Shown here piece after piece: positions 1-8,611 of a DNA stretch of 11,943 nucleotides. Positions within the stretch are counted from its first letter, which is position 1. Each line of letters opens with the position of its first letter. The position numbers and the translations under genes were made by a program. Source of the DNA: a virus. The DNA lies in the UHGV virus genome UHGV-1571561. One strand, written 5' to 3'. The notes below the pieces were generated by a model. That model searched no databases, was not told the DNA's origin, and saw only the letters and a list, made by a program, of their open reading frames with translations.

Positions 1-197
1 CTGAAACACCCCCGCAATACCTGAAAGGCCTTGCAAAGCAGTCAGCCCAACATTGTTAGCGCCTGAACGCTCAATATCATTGTTCTGCCTGATAAGCTGA
101 AGCGTATTGCCGATGTCATTTACGCTCGGAGCGTTTGAGTTGACGCCGCCGATACCAGCCAACAATCCGCCGTTTGTTCCTTGCCAAGTAGCCATGA
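1..197 (-). CDS. Ejection/internal virion protein, gp20-like; N-terminal fragment only, gene continues past the window start
   Basis: ATG at 195-197 (minus), 7 nt after the stop of the upstream gene and preceded by AAGGGG. My translation of the open frame to the window edge: [65 protein letters not shown]. Not in the ORF track because it has no stop within the window. Sits where gene 20 follows gene 7 in P22. Confidence 0.5.
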
Positions 198-204
198 TTA
201 CCCC

Positions 205-897
205 TTAAAACAACGAGCCAAGCAATCCGATACCAGCACCAATGCCAGCGCCCCAAGGAGTTGATGTTCCCAAAAGGCTGGCAAGACCTGCACCGGCAAT
301 CGCACCAGACGTGCCACCGCTAATTGCAGTCTGAAGACTTGATGGTTTATTGGCATTAGCAGCGGCAAGTGCTGCACTTTGCTGTGCAATGCTGCTCATG
401 TTGTTGGCGTACGTCTGCCCGGCGTTTGCCTGACCTTGCAGAGCACCAAGCCCAACGTTTGCCAGATTGTTGTAATTGCTCATCTGGTTTGATAACCAAG
501 ACTGACCGAGAGTCGGCGCGATCGTAGCCAGTTGATTGCTTGTGGCTGTCGAACCAAGTCCTCCCGTAGCCTCCGCAGCAGCAAGACTCTGGTAACGAGC
601 CTGACCTGCAAGGTCTTTATACTGCTGAGAGTTGTAATACTGATTAAGTGCCTGTCCCTGACCTTCTAAACTGGAAAGGTTCTGAAGTTGGTTAACATAC
701 TGCTCCGCAAGAGGCGTGAACGGGGCAAGGTTTTTCATGATCGTCTGCCACTGCTGATTTTGCAGGTCTGCGGCATACTTCTGAGCTTCTGCTGCATACT
801 TTGCGCTTTTATCAGAGCTGCCACCTTTCCCGCCTTTTTCAGGGCACCAAGGTTCCTCGCCGCGCAGTTTTCTGCCCAGCTTAAATGCATATAACAT
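205..897 (-). CDS. Ejection/internal virion protein, P22 gp7-like (230 aa)
   Basis: Track ORF 230 aa. Gln/Ala/Asn-rich low-complexity body with a Gly-rich hydrophobic C-terminal tail (GGTSGAIAGAGLASLLGTSTPWGAGIGAGIGLLGSLF). Size matches P22 gp7 (229 aa, from memory) and it lies directly after the gp14-like gene. Confidence 0.7.
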   Translation of the reverse strand: MLYAFKLGRKLRGEEPWCPEKGGKGGSSDKSAKYAAEAQKYAADLQNQQWQTIMKNLAPFTPLAEQYVNQLQNLSSLEGQGQALNQYYNSQQYKDLAGQARYQSLAAAEATGGLGSTATSNQLATIAPTLGQSWLSNQMSNYNNLANVGLGALQGQANAGQTYANNMSSIAQQSAALAAANANKPSSLQTAISGGTSGAIAGAGLASLLGTSTPWGAGIGAGIGLLGSLF

Positions 898-899
898 GG

Positions 900-1355
900 C
901 TATCTCCCGTGATTCAGGAAGTCGATTAGTTCTTCGCGTGTGGCGCTGTAAAACGTCACGTCATCCACGCCTTTGAAGTATTTCTTGATGGTTCCTACAC
1001 GATTAAGGCCAATCATTGCGCAGTACATCTGCCCGTGGCGGAATTTGCGCGCAGCGAACGATGTGACACACTGAACAGTGGTGTTAGTCAGAATGTATCG
1101 CCAGAACGCCAGCCCGATTTCCTTGCTGAAGCCGCGAATCTCTGGCAGGTACATGGCGTGGCAATCGAATGTCAGCGGCTGAATCTCCTGATAGTAAACA
1201 ATGCCGCCGAACTGCCCGTGCACGTTCACCTCAAAGTAACGGCATTCAGGCTTGTAGTCGTATCCATCACCGTTGTTGCTCCCGGCGATAATGTCAGGGT
1301 GATTTCCTACTGCTTCGATCAGGTCGATGTTTCGCGTTGGTTTGAATGTAATCAT
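900..1355 (-). CDS. P22 gp14-like virion assembly / DNA-stabilisation protein (151 aa)
   Basis: Track ORF 151 aa; its ATG overlaps the stop of the tail-needle gene by 1 nt. Called by position (between gp26-like and gp7-like genes); no motif recognised. Confidence 0.5.
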   Translation of the reverse strand: MITFKPTRNIDLIEAVGNHPDIIAGSNNGDGYDYKPECRYFEVNVHGQFGGIVYYQEIQPLTFDCHAMYLPEIRGFSKEIGLAFWRYILTNTTVQCVTSFAARKFRHGQMYCAMIGLNRVGTIKKYFKGVDDVTFYSATREELIDFLNHGR

Positions 1356-2056
1356 CAGTCAATCAGCCCATGTAATCTAAGTGCTGTTTCAATCGCCAGA
1401 ATACGCTGCCGCGCCTGCTGCAAACCTGTAGCGAGAGCCGCGACTTCGGATTGTGTGTACGTAGTGCCGACCGTGTATGACTGGTTAGCGTTGAATGAGC
1501 CAAGAAGAGGTGTACCTGTGGCTGCAGTCCATCCGGTATTTCTTGCTCCAACAACCTGAATTCCATCAACTGAATATGATGTTTTTACATCCAGTGGTGA
1601 CGCAAGAGACTGCGATTTTGTTACGGTTTTCGATACGTAATCACTCTTAATGCCAGAGACATCGCTTTCTACGCCATCCAGTCTTTGGTCAACAGTGACC
1701 AGATGCGCCTGAATATCGATAACCTCATCCAGCAAGTAATCAACATCGCTACGCAGTACGACTATCTTCCCTTCGGCGGTTGTTAACCTGACCTCAAGGA
1801 GATTTATCGCTTTTGTGTTTGCGGTGATTCTTGCATCGTGGTCAGCCAGTTCGACATCCTGTTCATCGTTTTTCACCTGAGCATCGTAAGCGCCCTGACC
1901 AGCCTGATTTGCCTTCCCAGCAATCGCACCGACATCAGCACCCTGATTTATGACATACAGCAGGTAAGACTGGCTGAATATATTGCGTGGCAAAATTGAA
2001 GCATCAAGGCGCGTAGCCTGAACCACGACAGGATCATTCAGTGATGAATCAACCAT
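1355..2056 (-). CDS. Tail needle protein, P22 gp26-like (233 aa)
   Basis: Track ORF 233 aa, the same length as P22 gp26 (from memory). Heptad-like coiled-coil stretches (e.g. [25 protein letters not shown]) and a C-terminal helical segment ([21 protein letters not shown]). Start overlaps the gp10-like stop by 1 nt. Confidence 0.8.
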   Translation of the reverse strand: MVDSSLNDPVVVQATRLDASILPRNIFSQSYLLYVINQGADVGAIAGKANQAGQGAYDAQVKNDEQDVELADHDARITANTKAINLLEVRLTTAEGKIVVLRSDVDYLLDEVIDIQAHLVTVDQRLDGVESDVSGIKSDYVSKTVTKSQSLASPLDVKTSYSVDGIQVVGARNTGWTAATGTPLLGSFNANQSYTVGTTYTQSEVAALATGLQQARQRILAIETALRLHGLID

Positions 2057-3474
2057 TACTCAATCCTTATCTGGCAGCCTGACAGAGTGACAGGTGACTT
2101 CGTGATAACGCGCAATTTGAAGCCGACATTTTTCCTGATTCGCCCGACACGCTTCCACAAAACGCGTTTGTCGTAAACGAACGGTTCATTCTGCTCAATC
2201 ATCTGCTCACGCCCGTAATTTATGCCATCAGTGGTTGCCGAGAGGAACAGGCGGTCGGCGTACTGAGCGACACCCGTCGATGATTCCACCTCCAGATCAA
2301 AGCATCTGGCGTTATCTGCTTTGAAGAGTGGAGTAAACAGCAGATGTTCTTGCTGTAGCCCATACTGGCTGCTGATATCGAATTGCAATTTCCCGGTCAC
2401 CGATTCCAGCTTATCGCCGCACGTTATCTGATTGCCTTCGTAAATGAAGTCGATAGCGCGGTACACATCGTCATACAGGCCTGTTTTCAACACACACCAT
2501 TGCGGACCATTGGCGCTTGAAGATGCGTCGTAAACAAGAACATGGCGCGGCAGGTGAATAATCAGCAACTCATGAGCATCAAACCGCAGCGATTCCATCA
2601 CCCCATCAGCCAGTTCATCAGCAGTGTAGGAGCGGAGAATTTTCTCAATACTCGCGCTGGCTATTGGTGATACCTGACCGGAGCCGATGATATACACAGA
2701 CGGCGCACCTGTTGCCGGATTGCTGATGAACGCATACGAGTCAGCAAACGGCGTTTTGCAGTAGGTTCCGGCAATGCCTTTCTGCACCATCAGCGATGGT
2801 TGTGCAACATACAAAGCGGCACCAACGGTGGTTGCGCCAGTAAGGGAGAAATATTCAATAGTCGATGAACCAAAGCAGACGATGAAGTCTCGCCATGTGC
2901 CGATGCCGATGATGCCGTCAGGCTGCGATTCTGCGCGATATTGTGCGCTGTATCGGTCAGGATGTGATTCGTCTTCAAGGTCAGTGACAAACCATGAATC
3001 AGTGCCGTCTTTTGACCACGCATAACGCCCACGTAAGCGCGTAATGTCACGGACCGAACCTAACTCATACTGCGTGAATCCGCTGTCCGCAGGCCAGTTT
3101 GAGACGGTTTTAACCGTACCATCATAGCGATACTCGACCAGTTGACCATTAACGCCTACCGCCTGTGATGTTCGACCATGCGCCATTGATACGCGACCAC
3201 TTCCGGCAACATCACCGACCTCGCTTTCGCCCTTATACAGCTTGCCGCCACACACGCGATATACAGCATTCTGCGCCATGTTGTACTCGACTCCGCGCGA
3301 TACACCGTTCACATCAGAACGTTTGGCAATGCCCGGGAATGAGCGAAGATATCCGCTGCTGTTGAGGATTTCTTTGGGTGTAGCCAGCATATTCACTGGA
3401 AGATAGTCGATATAGTCGGCGTTTCGAAAGTCTTTGCCGACACCTTTCATAAGCGGAAGTTGCTGAATCGGCAT
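2056..3474 (-). CDS. Tail hub protein, P22 gp10-like (472 aa)
   Basis: Track ORF 472 aa, the length of P22 gp10 (from memory). Lies 9 nt downstream of the gp4-like stop, in the canonical 4-10-26 order. Confidence 0.8.
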   Translation of the reverse strand: MPIQQLPLMKGVGKDFRNADYIDYLPVNMLATPKEILNSSGYLRSFPGIAKRSDVNGVSRGVEYNMAQNAVYRVCGGKLYKGESEVGDVAGSGRVSMAHGRTSQAVGVNGQLVEYRYDGTVKTVSNWPADSGFTQYELGSVRDITRLRGRYAWSKDGTDSWFVTDLEDESHPDRYSAQYRAESQPDGIIGIGTWRDFIVCFGSSTIEYFSLTGATTVGAALYVAQPSLMVQKGIAGTYCKTPFADSYAFISNPATGAPSVYIIGSGQVSPIASASIEKILRSYTADELADGVMESLRFDAHELLIIHLPRHVLVYDASSSANGPQWCVLKTGLYDDVYRAIDFIYEGNQITCGDKLESVTGKLQFDISSQYGLQQEHLLFTPLFKADNARCFDLEVESSTGVAQYADRLFLSATTDGINYGREQMIEQNEPFVYDKRVLWKRVGRIRKNVGFKLRVITKSPVTLSGCQIRIE

Positions 3475-3483
3475 TTATTCACC

Positions 3484-3945
3484 TCACGTACTCGGATCAT
3501 CTTTCTCGATGTAAAACCGATTCCACGTAAACGCGCTTTTGTTACCACTACCGCGAGGCATGTCATTTCGCCGCTCAAGTGGTGGTATTTTGGTTAAAGC
3601 GATGCAGATTGTCTGATATGCACTGTCAGCAGCGGTAAGGAGAGCGTCTGACGGCTGAATGACGTTATCCATGCACACTTGCACAGCGAGCTTCAAAGCG
3701 ACGCCATCATTTGCCCATGCAGGGATACCTGAATCATCGTCAGGTAACGGCATGATGCCGTTTTCTGTATCAGCAAACTGATACCCAAGCTCGATACCTT
3801 TCGCCTGCCATGCTGCCATCATGTCTTCGAGGTCATTAATGGCATCTTCAATTTCCTGAGGGTCAGCATCTGTCAACGTGGCATTGGAATACAGCCCGGC
3901 TTTTCGTAAAGCCTTTAGAACGAGATCACCCTTCGTTTTCGCCAT
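3484..3945 (-). CDS. Head completion / tail adaptor protein, P22 gp4-like (153 aa)
   Basis: Track ORF 153 aa starting MAKTKGDLVLKALRKAG. Position (first gene after the coat gene and a small ORF) and size fit P22 gp4 (about 166 aa). Confidence 0.75.
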   Translation of the reverse strand: MAKTKGDLVLKALRKAGLYSNATLTDADPQEIEDAINDLEDMMAAWQAKGIELGYQFADTENGIMPLPDDDSGIPAWANDGVALKLAVQVCMDNVIQPSDALLTAADSAYQTICIALTKIPPLERRNDMPRGSGNKSAFTWNRFYIEKDDPST

Positions 3946-4114
3946 CTTCTTCCGCCTTAGCCACTTTTTGCTTCGTTGCGGTTTCTTCAGGAGTTTTTAC
4001 CCAGCCTTTTTTCAGGTGAGATTTAACTTCTTCGTCATCAACAATGATGTAATCGACAGCAAACTGACCACAGGTGATCATGTTGCCAGGCTTATAGAGC
4101 ATTGTTCGTGCCAT
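3926..4114 (-). CDS. Small hypothetical protein (62 aa) between coat and gp4-like genes
   Basis: The track ORF 3926..4150 begins with a GTG inside the terminator hairpin. The internal ATG at 4112-4114 has a good SD (GGGAGAAGACA-ATG) and gives MARTMLYKPGNMITCGQFAVDYIIVDDEEVKSHLKKGWVKTPEETATKQKVAKAEEDGENEG. Its 3' end overlaps the gp4-like start by 20 nt. Confidence 0.4.
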   Translation of the reverse strand: MARTMLYKPGNMITCGQFAVDYIIVDDEEVKSHLKKGWVKTPEETATKQKVAKAEEDGENEG

Positions 4115-4125
4115 TGTCTTCTCCC

Positions 4126-4150
4126 AATAAAAATGGGGCCGAAGCCCCAC
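4126..4150 (-). terminator. Intrinsic terminator-like hairpin immediately 3' of the coat gene
   Basis: Minus-strand RNA reads UAA-UUUG-GUGGGGC-UUCG-GCCCCAU-UUUUAUU: a 5-7 bp GC-rich stem with a UUCG tetraloop followed by a U-run, between the coat stop (4156-4158) and the SD of the next ORF. Confidence 0.5.
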
Positions 4151-4155
4151 CCAAA

Positions 4156-5409
4156 TTACTGCCCGGCAATAACGATGCCCGTATATTCAGGAACAAGTAC
4201 AGAGCAACCGTACAGAGTGGTGAAACGAGCAGTGGTTACGCCTTTGATGTGGTCGAAGGAGTAAGACATGATCAGCGTAGCGCCCTGCTCGGTGGTTGCT
4301 GTCATTACCTGTGGACCCTGACCAGTCGGGAACGCCAGTTTGCCGTACATCAGCTCAACAGAACCATCAGCCCAGAACAGGTTAGCAGGTGCTGCGTTCT
4401 TGTTGAGAATGGTGATTGCTGCTGATTCTGCCGGTTTGGCATCGACGTTTGCATATGGACGGCTCGCAACATCGGTATTTTCAACAGGGAGAATCTTTGG
4501 AGAGATTGTTACGGTAGTTCCGCTAACAGCCAGAACACGGAATACCTGCGGTTGCCCGGTGGTATCTTTTGTGATCTGGTGTACGGAATTCACACCGGCA
4601 ATGGTGAACGCATCACCAACCTGCAAGCCAGATGCAGATACCGTAATAGTCCCCTGTCGGTTATCAACTGGCATACCATTTGAATCTTTCGCTTCAACCT
4701 TGTGTTCAGGTTGGCCTGATACTGTCAAGGATTCAGCGCTTCCTTTCGGTAATCGACCAGAAATATCGGTCTTGTAGCTATCGAAGGACGCAACCGGAGG
4801 GATCTGCGCTTTTTCGTATGCTGTCAGGGTTGCGCCCTGAGCATAGGCACGGTGACCAAGCTCGCCAGCAAGGTCTTTGTAGTTGAAGGGGTTCCAGAAA
4901 GAGCGACGGTTGATACCCTGAGGTACACCAATCGCCGTCATGGTGGCATCAATATCTGCCGCACCATTCCACAAGGCAAGGCCCCGTGAGCCATTTTCTG
5001 AGGCAGGAATTGCGACCACGTTAGTAGCACGCTGCGTGACCATGGAAATCAGGTCAGAGTCAATCTGTGCAGCAAGGCGCATACCTGCGGCTCGACCAGC
5101 TTCAGTTTTATGTTCCGGGTCACGCATTTCACGCGCATCCAGAGTGTACAGAATGTTTTTCGGCTCCTTGAACACAGAAGGAACAAGGCGCTGAACCAGT
5201 GCTGTTGGCGTTTTTCCGCTGAGGTCTAGCCCTTCCTCAATGTTCATGTGGTAATGCTGCGGACGATACAGAACATCACCTGCTCGCTGCATTGCTGTAT
5301 CACCGGGACGGAATTTTTTAGCGTTACGGGAAACTACGCAGGCGGCCTCAAAGCCTTCAACGTAGTTTTCGAACATGATTTCAAGGTCTTTTGCTAATTG
5401 GTTAGCCAT
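4156..5409 (-). CDS. Major capsid (coat) protein, P22 gp5-like (417 aa)
   Basis: Track ORF 417 aa. SD GGAG 8 nt upstream of the ATG; 18-nt gap from the scaffold gene. Conserved-looking blocks that I recall from P22 coat protein (VFRVLAVSGTTVTISPK, YANVDAK, NLFWADGS). Canonical position after scaffold. Confidence 0.85.
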   Translation of the reverse strand: MANQLAKDLEIMFENYVEGFEAACVVSRNAKKFRPGDTAMQRAGDVLYRPQHYHMNIEEGLDLSGKTPTALVQRLVPSVFKEPKNILYTLDAREMRDPEHKTEAGRAAGMRLAAQIDSDLISMVTQRATNVVAIPASENGSRGLALWNGAADIDATMTAIGVPQGINRRSFWNPFNYKDLAGELGHRAYAQGATLTAYEKAQIPPVASFDSYKTDISGRLPKGSAESLTVSGQPEHKVEAKDSNGMPVDNRQGTITVSASGLQVGDAFTIAGVNSVHQITKDTTGQPQVFRVLAVSGTTVTISPKILPVENTDVASRPYANVDAKPAESAAITILNKNAAPANLFWADGSVELMYGKLAFPTGQGPQVMTATTEQGATLIMSYSFDHIKGVTTARFTTLYGCSVLVPEYTGIVIAGQ

Positions 5410-5427
5410 GCTTAATGCTCCGATAGG

Positions 5428-6321
5428 TTATTTTTTTGCCTTTTTAGCGGCGAAATACGGCGTCCAGTCACCAGTTTCCAGCGCCTTGGCTTTCAGTTTG
5501 TCGAGGTTATTGATTACTGCGCCGCTGCTCCCCTTAACTGTCGGGGTTGTGGCTGCCGTGTTTTTTGCTTTTGGCATGATTTTGGCCTTCGATTCGATAC
5601 GTTCCAGCAGACGACCAATTGCTACGGGGTTGGTAGCTTCTGCCAGTTGCTTGCGCAGTTCAGCGTTGCGACCGAGTGCCAGAACAACGATTTCCGGCTT
5701 CTCTGACTCAAACAGGATCGCGTTTTGTGTCTCGATGGGGATTTCCTCGAGTACGGCCTGTTCTGCTTCCTGATAGCCAGGAACCTTGAGAGCCTTAACA
5801 CGTTGCTGATATTTGGATAATCGCTCTTGATAGGCAGCCTGAAGCTCCTGCTCCTTCTGCTTGCGAGCCATCTCCTGTTGCTGGTACTTGCCGTTATCCT
5901 CTGCCCACTTAGTCATGCGTTGCTGATAGATTTCTTCATCGAAACCGATGTCCTCATCATCCAGTTTTGGCATTCGCGGTGGTTGAGTGATTACCGGCTG
6001 CTGCTCGACGGGTTTCTGAGACTGACGCATCAGCTCTTTCAGCTCACGGTCTTTCTCTTTAATCGTCTTGCGCAGGTGTTTTACCAGTCCATGCTCTGCG
6101 CCATCTTCGCTGGTTGGCGAATCCAGCTTTTCGTCACCAAAGTAGAATTCCTGTTCTGATTCGTCGTCATCAGTTTCAGTAGCTTCCTCTGCATCATTGC
6201 CGGAGGACTCACTGCCATCTTCTGTTTCGACTTTTTCAGCCAGTTCGACATCATCAGGAATCTGCTCTGACGCGTCGGTTTCGATTTCAACTTCTGGTGT
6301 GTTTTCTGCCATCTGGTCCAT
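5428..6321 (-). CDS. Scaffolding protein, P22 gp8-like (297 aa)
   Basis: Track ORF 297 aa. Strongly acidic N-terminal ~75 residues, a central helical Gln/Glu/Lys-rich region, and a basic C-terminus (DKLKAKALETGDWTPYFAAKKAKK) resembling a coat-binding tail. SD AGGGG upstream. Lies between portal and coat. Confidence 0.75.
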   Translation of the reverse strand: MDQMAENTPEVEIETDASEQIPDDVELAEKVETEDGSESSGNDAEEATETDDDESEQEFYFGDEKLDSPTSEDGAEHGLVKHLRKTIKEKDRELKELMRQSQKPVEQQPVITQPPRMPKLDDEDIGFDEEIYQQRMTKWAEDNGKYQQQEMARKQKEQELQAAYQERLSKYQQRVKALKVPGYQEAEQAVLEEIPIETQNAILFESEKPEIVVLALGRNAELRKQLAEATNPVAIGRLLERIESKAKIMPKAKNTAATTPTVKGSSGAVINNLDKLKAKALETGDWTPYFAAKKAKK

Positions 6322-6411
6322 TTGTTACCCCTGTTTACTCGATGTTCAGCCCATCGGAAGGCAATAGGGTGCCAGGCCTCATAAAGACAGCCATTGCACG
6401 TTATGGGTTAA

Positions 6412-8610
6412 TTACTGCTGTGGTTGTTGCTGAGTTGATTTTTGCAGGATGCTGCTGATGTCCATGCGCTGCGCATGGCCCTGTGCCTGACTTTTCAGGA
6501 CAAGCTCTGCATCAGCACGGGCATTGTCTCCTTGCTGTTGCTGGAACTGTCCGAGCAGTTTCAGCGCCTCACGGATATCAGATTTTTGCTGGCTATCGGC
6601 AGATGCGAGGATTTTCACAACATTTGCCGCAGCAACCTGAGCATCCGTCTGTGCCTGGAATGCTTTAACCTGAATGGCTGCTTGTTCGTTCTGCGCTTTC
6701 TGCAATTCAGCCTGACCGGCAAGAAGCTGACCTTGCGCAGCAACCATAGCCGGATCTGGCTGACTGGCCTGTTGTTGTTTCGCCTGCTCAACCATCTGCT
6801 GTTCTTCTGGCGTTCTCGGCTTGATAACTCCAGACAGAAGCAACTGATTGCGGTTGTATTCTTTCAGGTCGTCCATCCCTTCGCCGTCCATATTGTCGAG
6901 AATCATCGACGATACAAGGTCGTGCTTCGGCGTTCCTGGTGGGATAAGTGCCAGCATGGAAAGTAACGACTTAACCGTTGCATCACGGCGAGTAGCGAAC
7001 GACTGACCGACATCGACAGTCACTTCATAGTTACCCTGCGAAAGGTCGTTAAGCGCGATAACCTGCCCTGTCTGACGGTCAACCACTTCACCAGTCATCA
7101 GCGCCACGTCATCGCTGCCGTCCTCATTAACGATACGCATCGGCGTATCGCTGCCATAGACTTCACGCGCCATAGAAAGCCACACAACGCCAGCGCGACG
7201 CATAGATTTAGCCATGTTGTCCATGTAGATATAGGACTGCGTGTCCATCCGGTTAAAAATGCTATCAACGGTATCAGTAGCGACGTTGCTCGGCATGTTC
7301 TCAAGCTGCGACGCACCTGTAATTTGCTGAATAGCCGTTCCGGTGTACTGCAATAGCCCGGCAAGAGCTGGAGGCATTTGTGTCGGAGGCGTATAACTGC
7401 TGACCTGAGCCTGCGCAGTAATATCTCCGTTTTTGTTTTTCAGACTGACCATCGGCAGGAACGCCGGGCGCTTTTTGTTGCGCTCCGCCCAATGAGTGGC
7501 GAGAGGACCAGGAATCATGTCAACATCAACTACAGGAATGCCATCACCGCCAGCCTGAGTAGCGTTATCTGCAATCATGGAAACCATCAGGTTCTCAAGA
7601 CGCTGTGCATCCATCGCTTTTGCTGCGTGGCCTTCGATTCGCTCCTGATTATCAACAAATGAGCGACGCCCATATACCGGGATGAGAGGAATATGTTCGC
7701 CCGGAATACGCTTAGGTTCTTCCAGCCATTCAGCGCCAGACAGAAGACCGCAATAAACGCGGCGCTTCTTCACCGTTCGCTCGCCAATCAGTTCGAATGC
7801 ACCATCGGTCAGCTCGTCGACAATATCTTTGATTTGATCTTCATCATAAATTGCCGTTTCTCCGCTAACAGGGTTGCGCCACGCCGTGAGCTTCACCTTC
7901 TCTATGCGAACTTCGTAGTAGCGTCCAACATAGATGGCATCGGGCGTTGACCAGTCATACTGAGTACCAGTGTCATCACGAGAAAGGCTTGCCGCGATGG
8001 AATCAGGGTATTCAGCCTCGAACGCTTTAGGCGTCATGGAGAACATTTCCATAGCCCACATAGCATCAGAGCGGTCATATTGCTTGCTGTCCTGATCGAA
8101 GAAAACGCATGTCGCTGGGTCGTAAACAGGAAGAAGGCTGATGCGTCGCTGCTCGTTACTTGGGTCCATTTCATCTTCGTAATCGGCACACATGCGGAAA
8201 CAACCGAATCCGCCCGTTACAGCATCATCAAATGCGTTATCACACGCTTCGCCACCGGATGTTTCCTGATAGTCAGCGCGGAATTTGCCGTTCATCTTTT
8301 CGGCTAACGCTTCCGATGCCTTATCGTCCTTCGGCCTGAATTTAACGCTTATGCGATTCTGTCGATACTCGCCAATGATGCGATCACATTCACGGGCAAT
8401 TTTATTCAGTTCAAAGCGCGGATAATGCTCAAACCTGCCTTCATCAAATGAGTAACCAGCGTTTGTGCTGCCTTCCCACTGTGCGCCGGATACCCGGACG
8501 AAACGTTGAGCCTCAATAATCTGCTCACGCATATCCTGCGTTGCTGACCAGGCATTATCAAAGTTGCACAGCACCTTGCGATGCCAGTCAGTCATCTTTT
8601 TTTCTGCCAT
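6412..8610 (-). CDS. Portal protein, P22 gp1-like (732 aa)
   Basis: Track ORF 732 aa (P22 gp1 is 725 aa, from memory). ATG is 1 nt after the TerL stop. The C-terminal ~130 aa is a Gln/Ala-rich helical region (PRTPEEQQMVEQAKQQQASQPDPAMVAAQGQLLAGQAELQKAQNEQ...) typical of the P22-type portal barrel. Confidence 0.9.
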   Translation of the reverse strand: MAEKKMTDWHRKVLCNFDNAWSATQDMREQIIEAQRFVRVSGAQWEGSTNAGYSFDEGRFEHYPRFELNKIARECDRIIGEYRQNRISVKFRPKDDKASEALAEKMNGKFRADYQETSGGEACDNAFDDAVTGGFGCFRMCADYEDEMDPSNEQRRISLLPVYDPATCVFFDQDSKQYDRSDAMWAMEMFSMTPKAFEAEYPDSIAASLSRDDTGTQYDWSTPDAIYVGRYYEVRIEKVKLTAWRNPVSGETAIYDEDQIKDIVDELTDGAFELIGERTVKKRRVYCGLLSGAEWLEEPKRIPGEHIPLIPVYGRRSFVDNQERIEGHAAKAMDAQRLENLMVSMIADNATQAGGDGIPVVDVDMIPGPLATHWAERNKKRPAFLPMVSLKNKNGDITAQAQVSSYTPPTQMPPALAGLLQYTGTAIQQITGASQLENMPSNVATDTVDSIFNRMDTQSYIYMDNMAKSMRRAGVVWLSMAREVYGSDTPMRIVNEDGSDDVALMTGEVVDRQTGQVIALNDLSQGNYEVTVDVGQSFATRRDATVKSLLSMLALIPPGTPKHDLVSSMILDNMDGEGMDDLKEYNRNQLLLSGVIKPRTPEEQQMVEQAKQQQASQPDPAMVAAQGQLLAGQAELQKAQNEQAAIQVKAFQAQTDAQVAAANVVKILASADSQQKSDIREALKLLGQFQQQQGDNARADAELVLKSQAQGHAQRMDISSILQKSTQQQPQQ

Positions 8611-8611
8611 A

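Noticed and set aside
1035-1559. Plus-strand ORF of 174 aa
   Set aside because: Lies entirely antisense to the gp14-like and gp26-like genes, with no SD. Typical shadow ORF opposite a real coding region.
3878-4425. Plus-strand ORFs of 128 and 107 aa spanning the coat/gp4 junction
   Set aside because: They overlap well-supported minus-strand genes and the terminator hairpin. No SD and no recognisable features.
5827-6159. Plus-strand ORF of 110 aa, extremely Leu-rich
   Set aside because: It is the antisense image of the Glu/Asp-rich scaffold N-terminus (GAA/GAG read as CTC/TTC). Composition artefact.
6442-6966. Plus-strand ORF of 174 aa
   Set aside because: Antisense to the portal C-terminal Gln/Ala-rich region. 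Low-complexity artefact, no start context.
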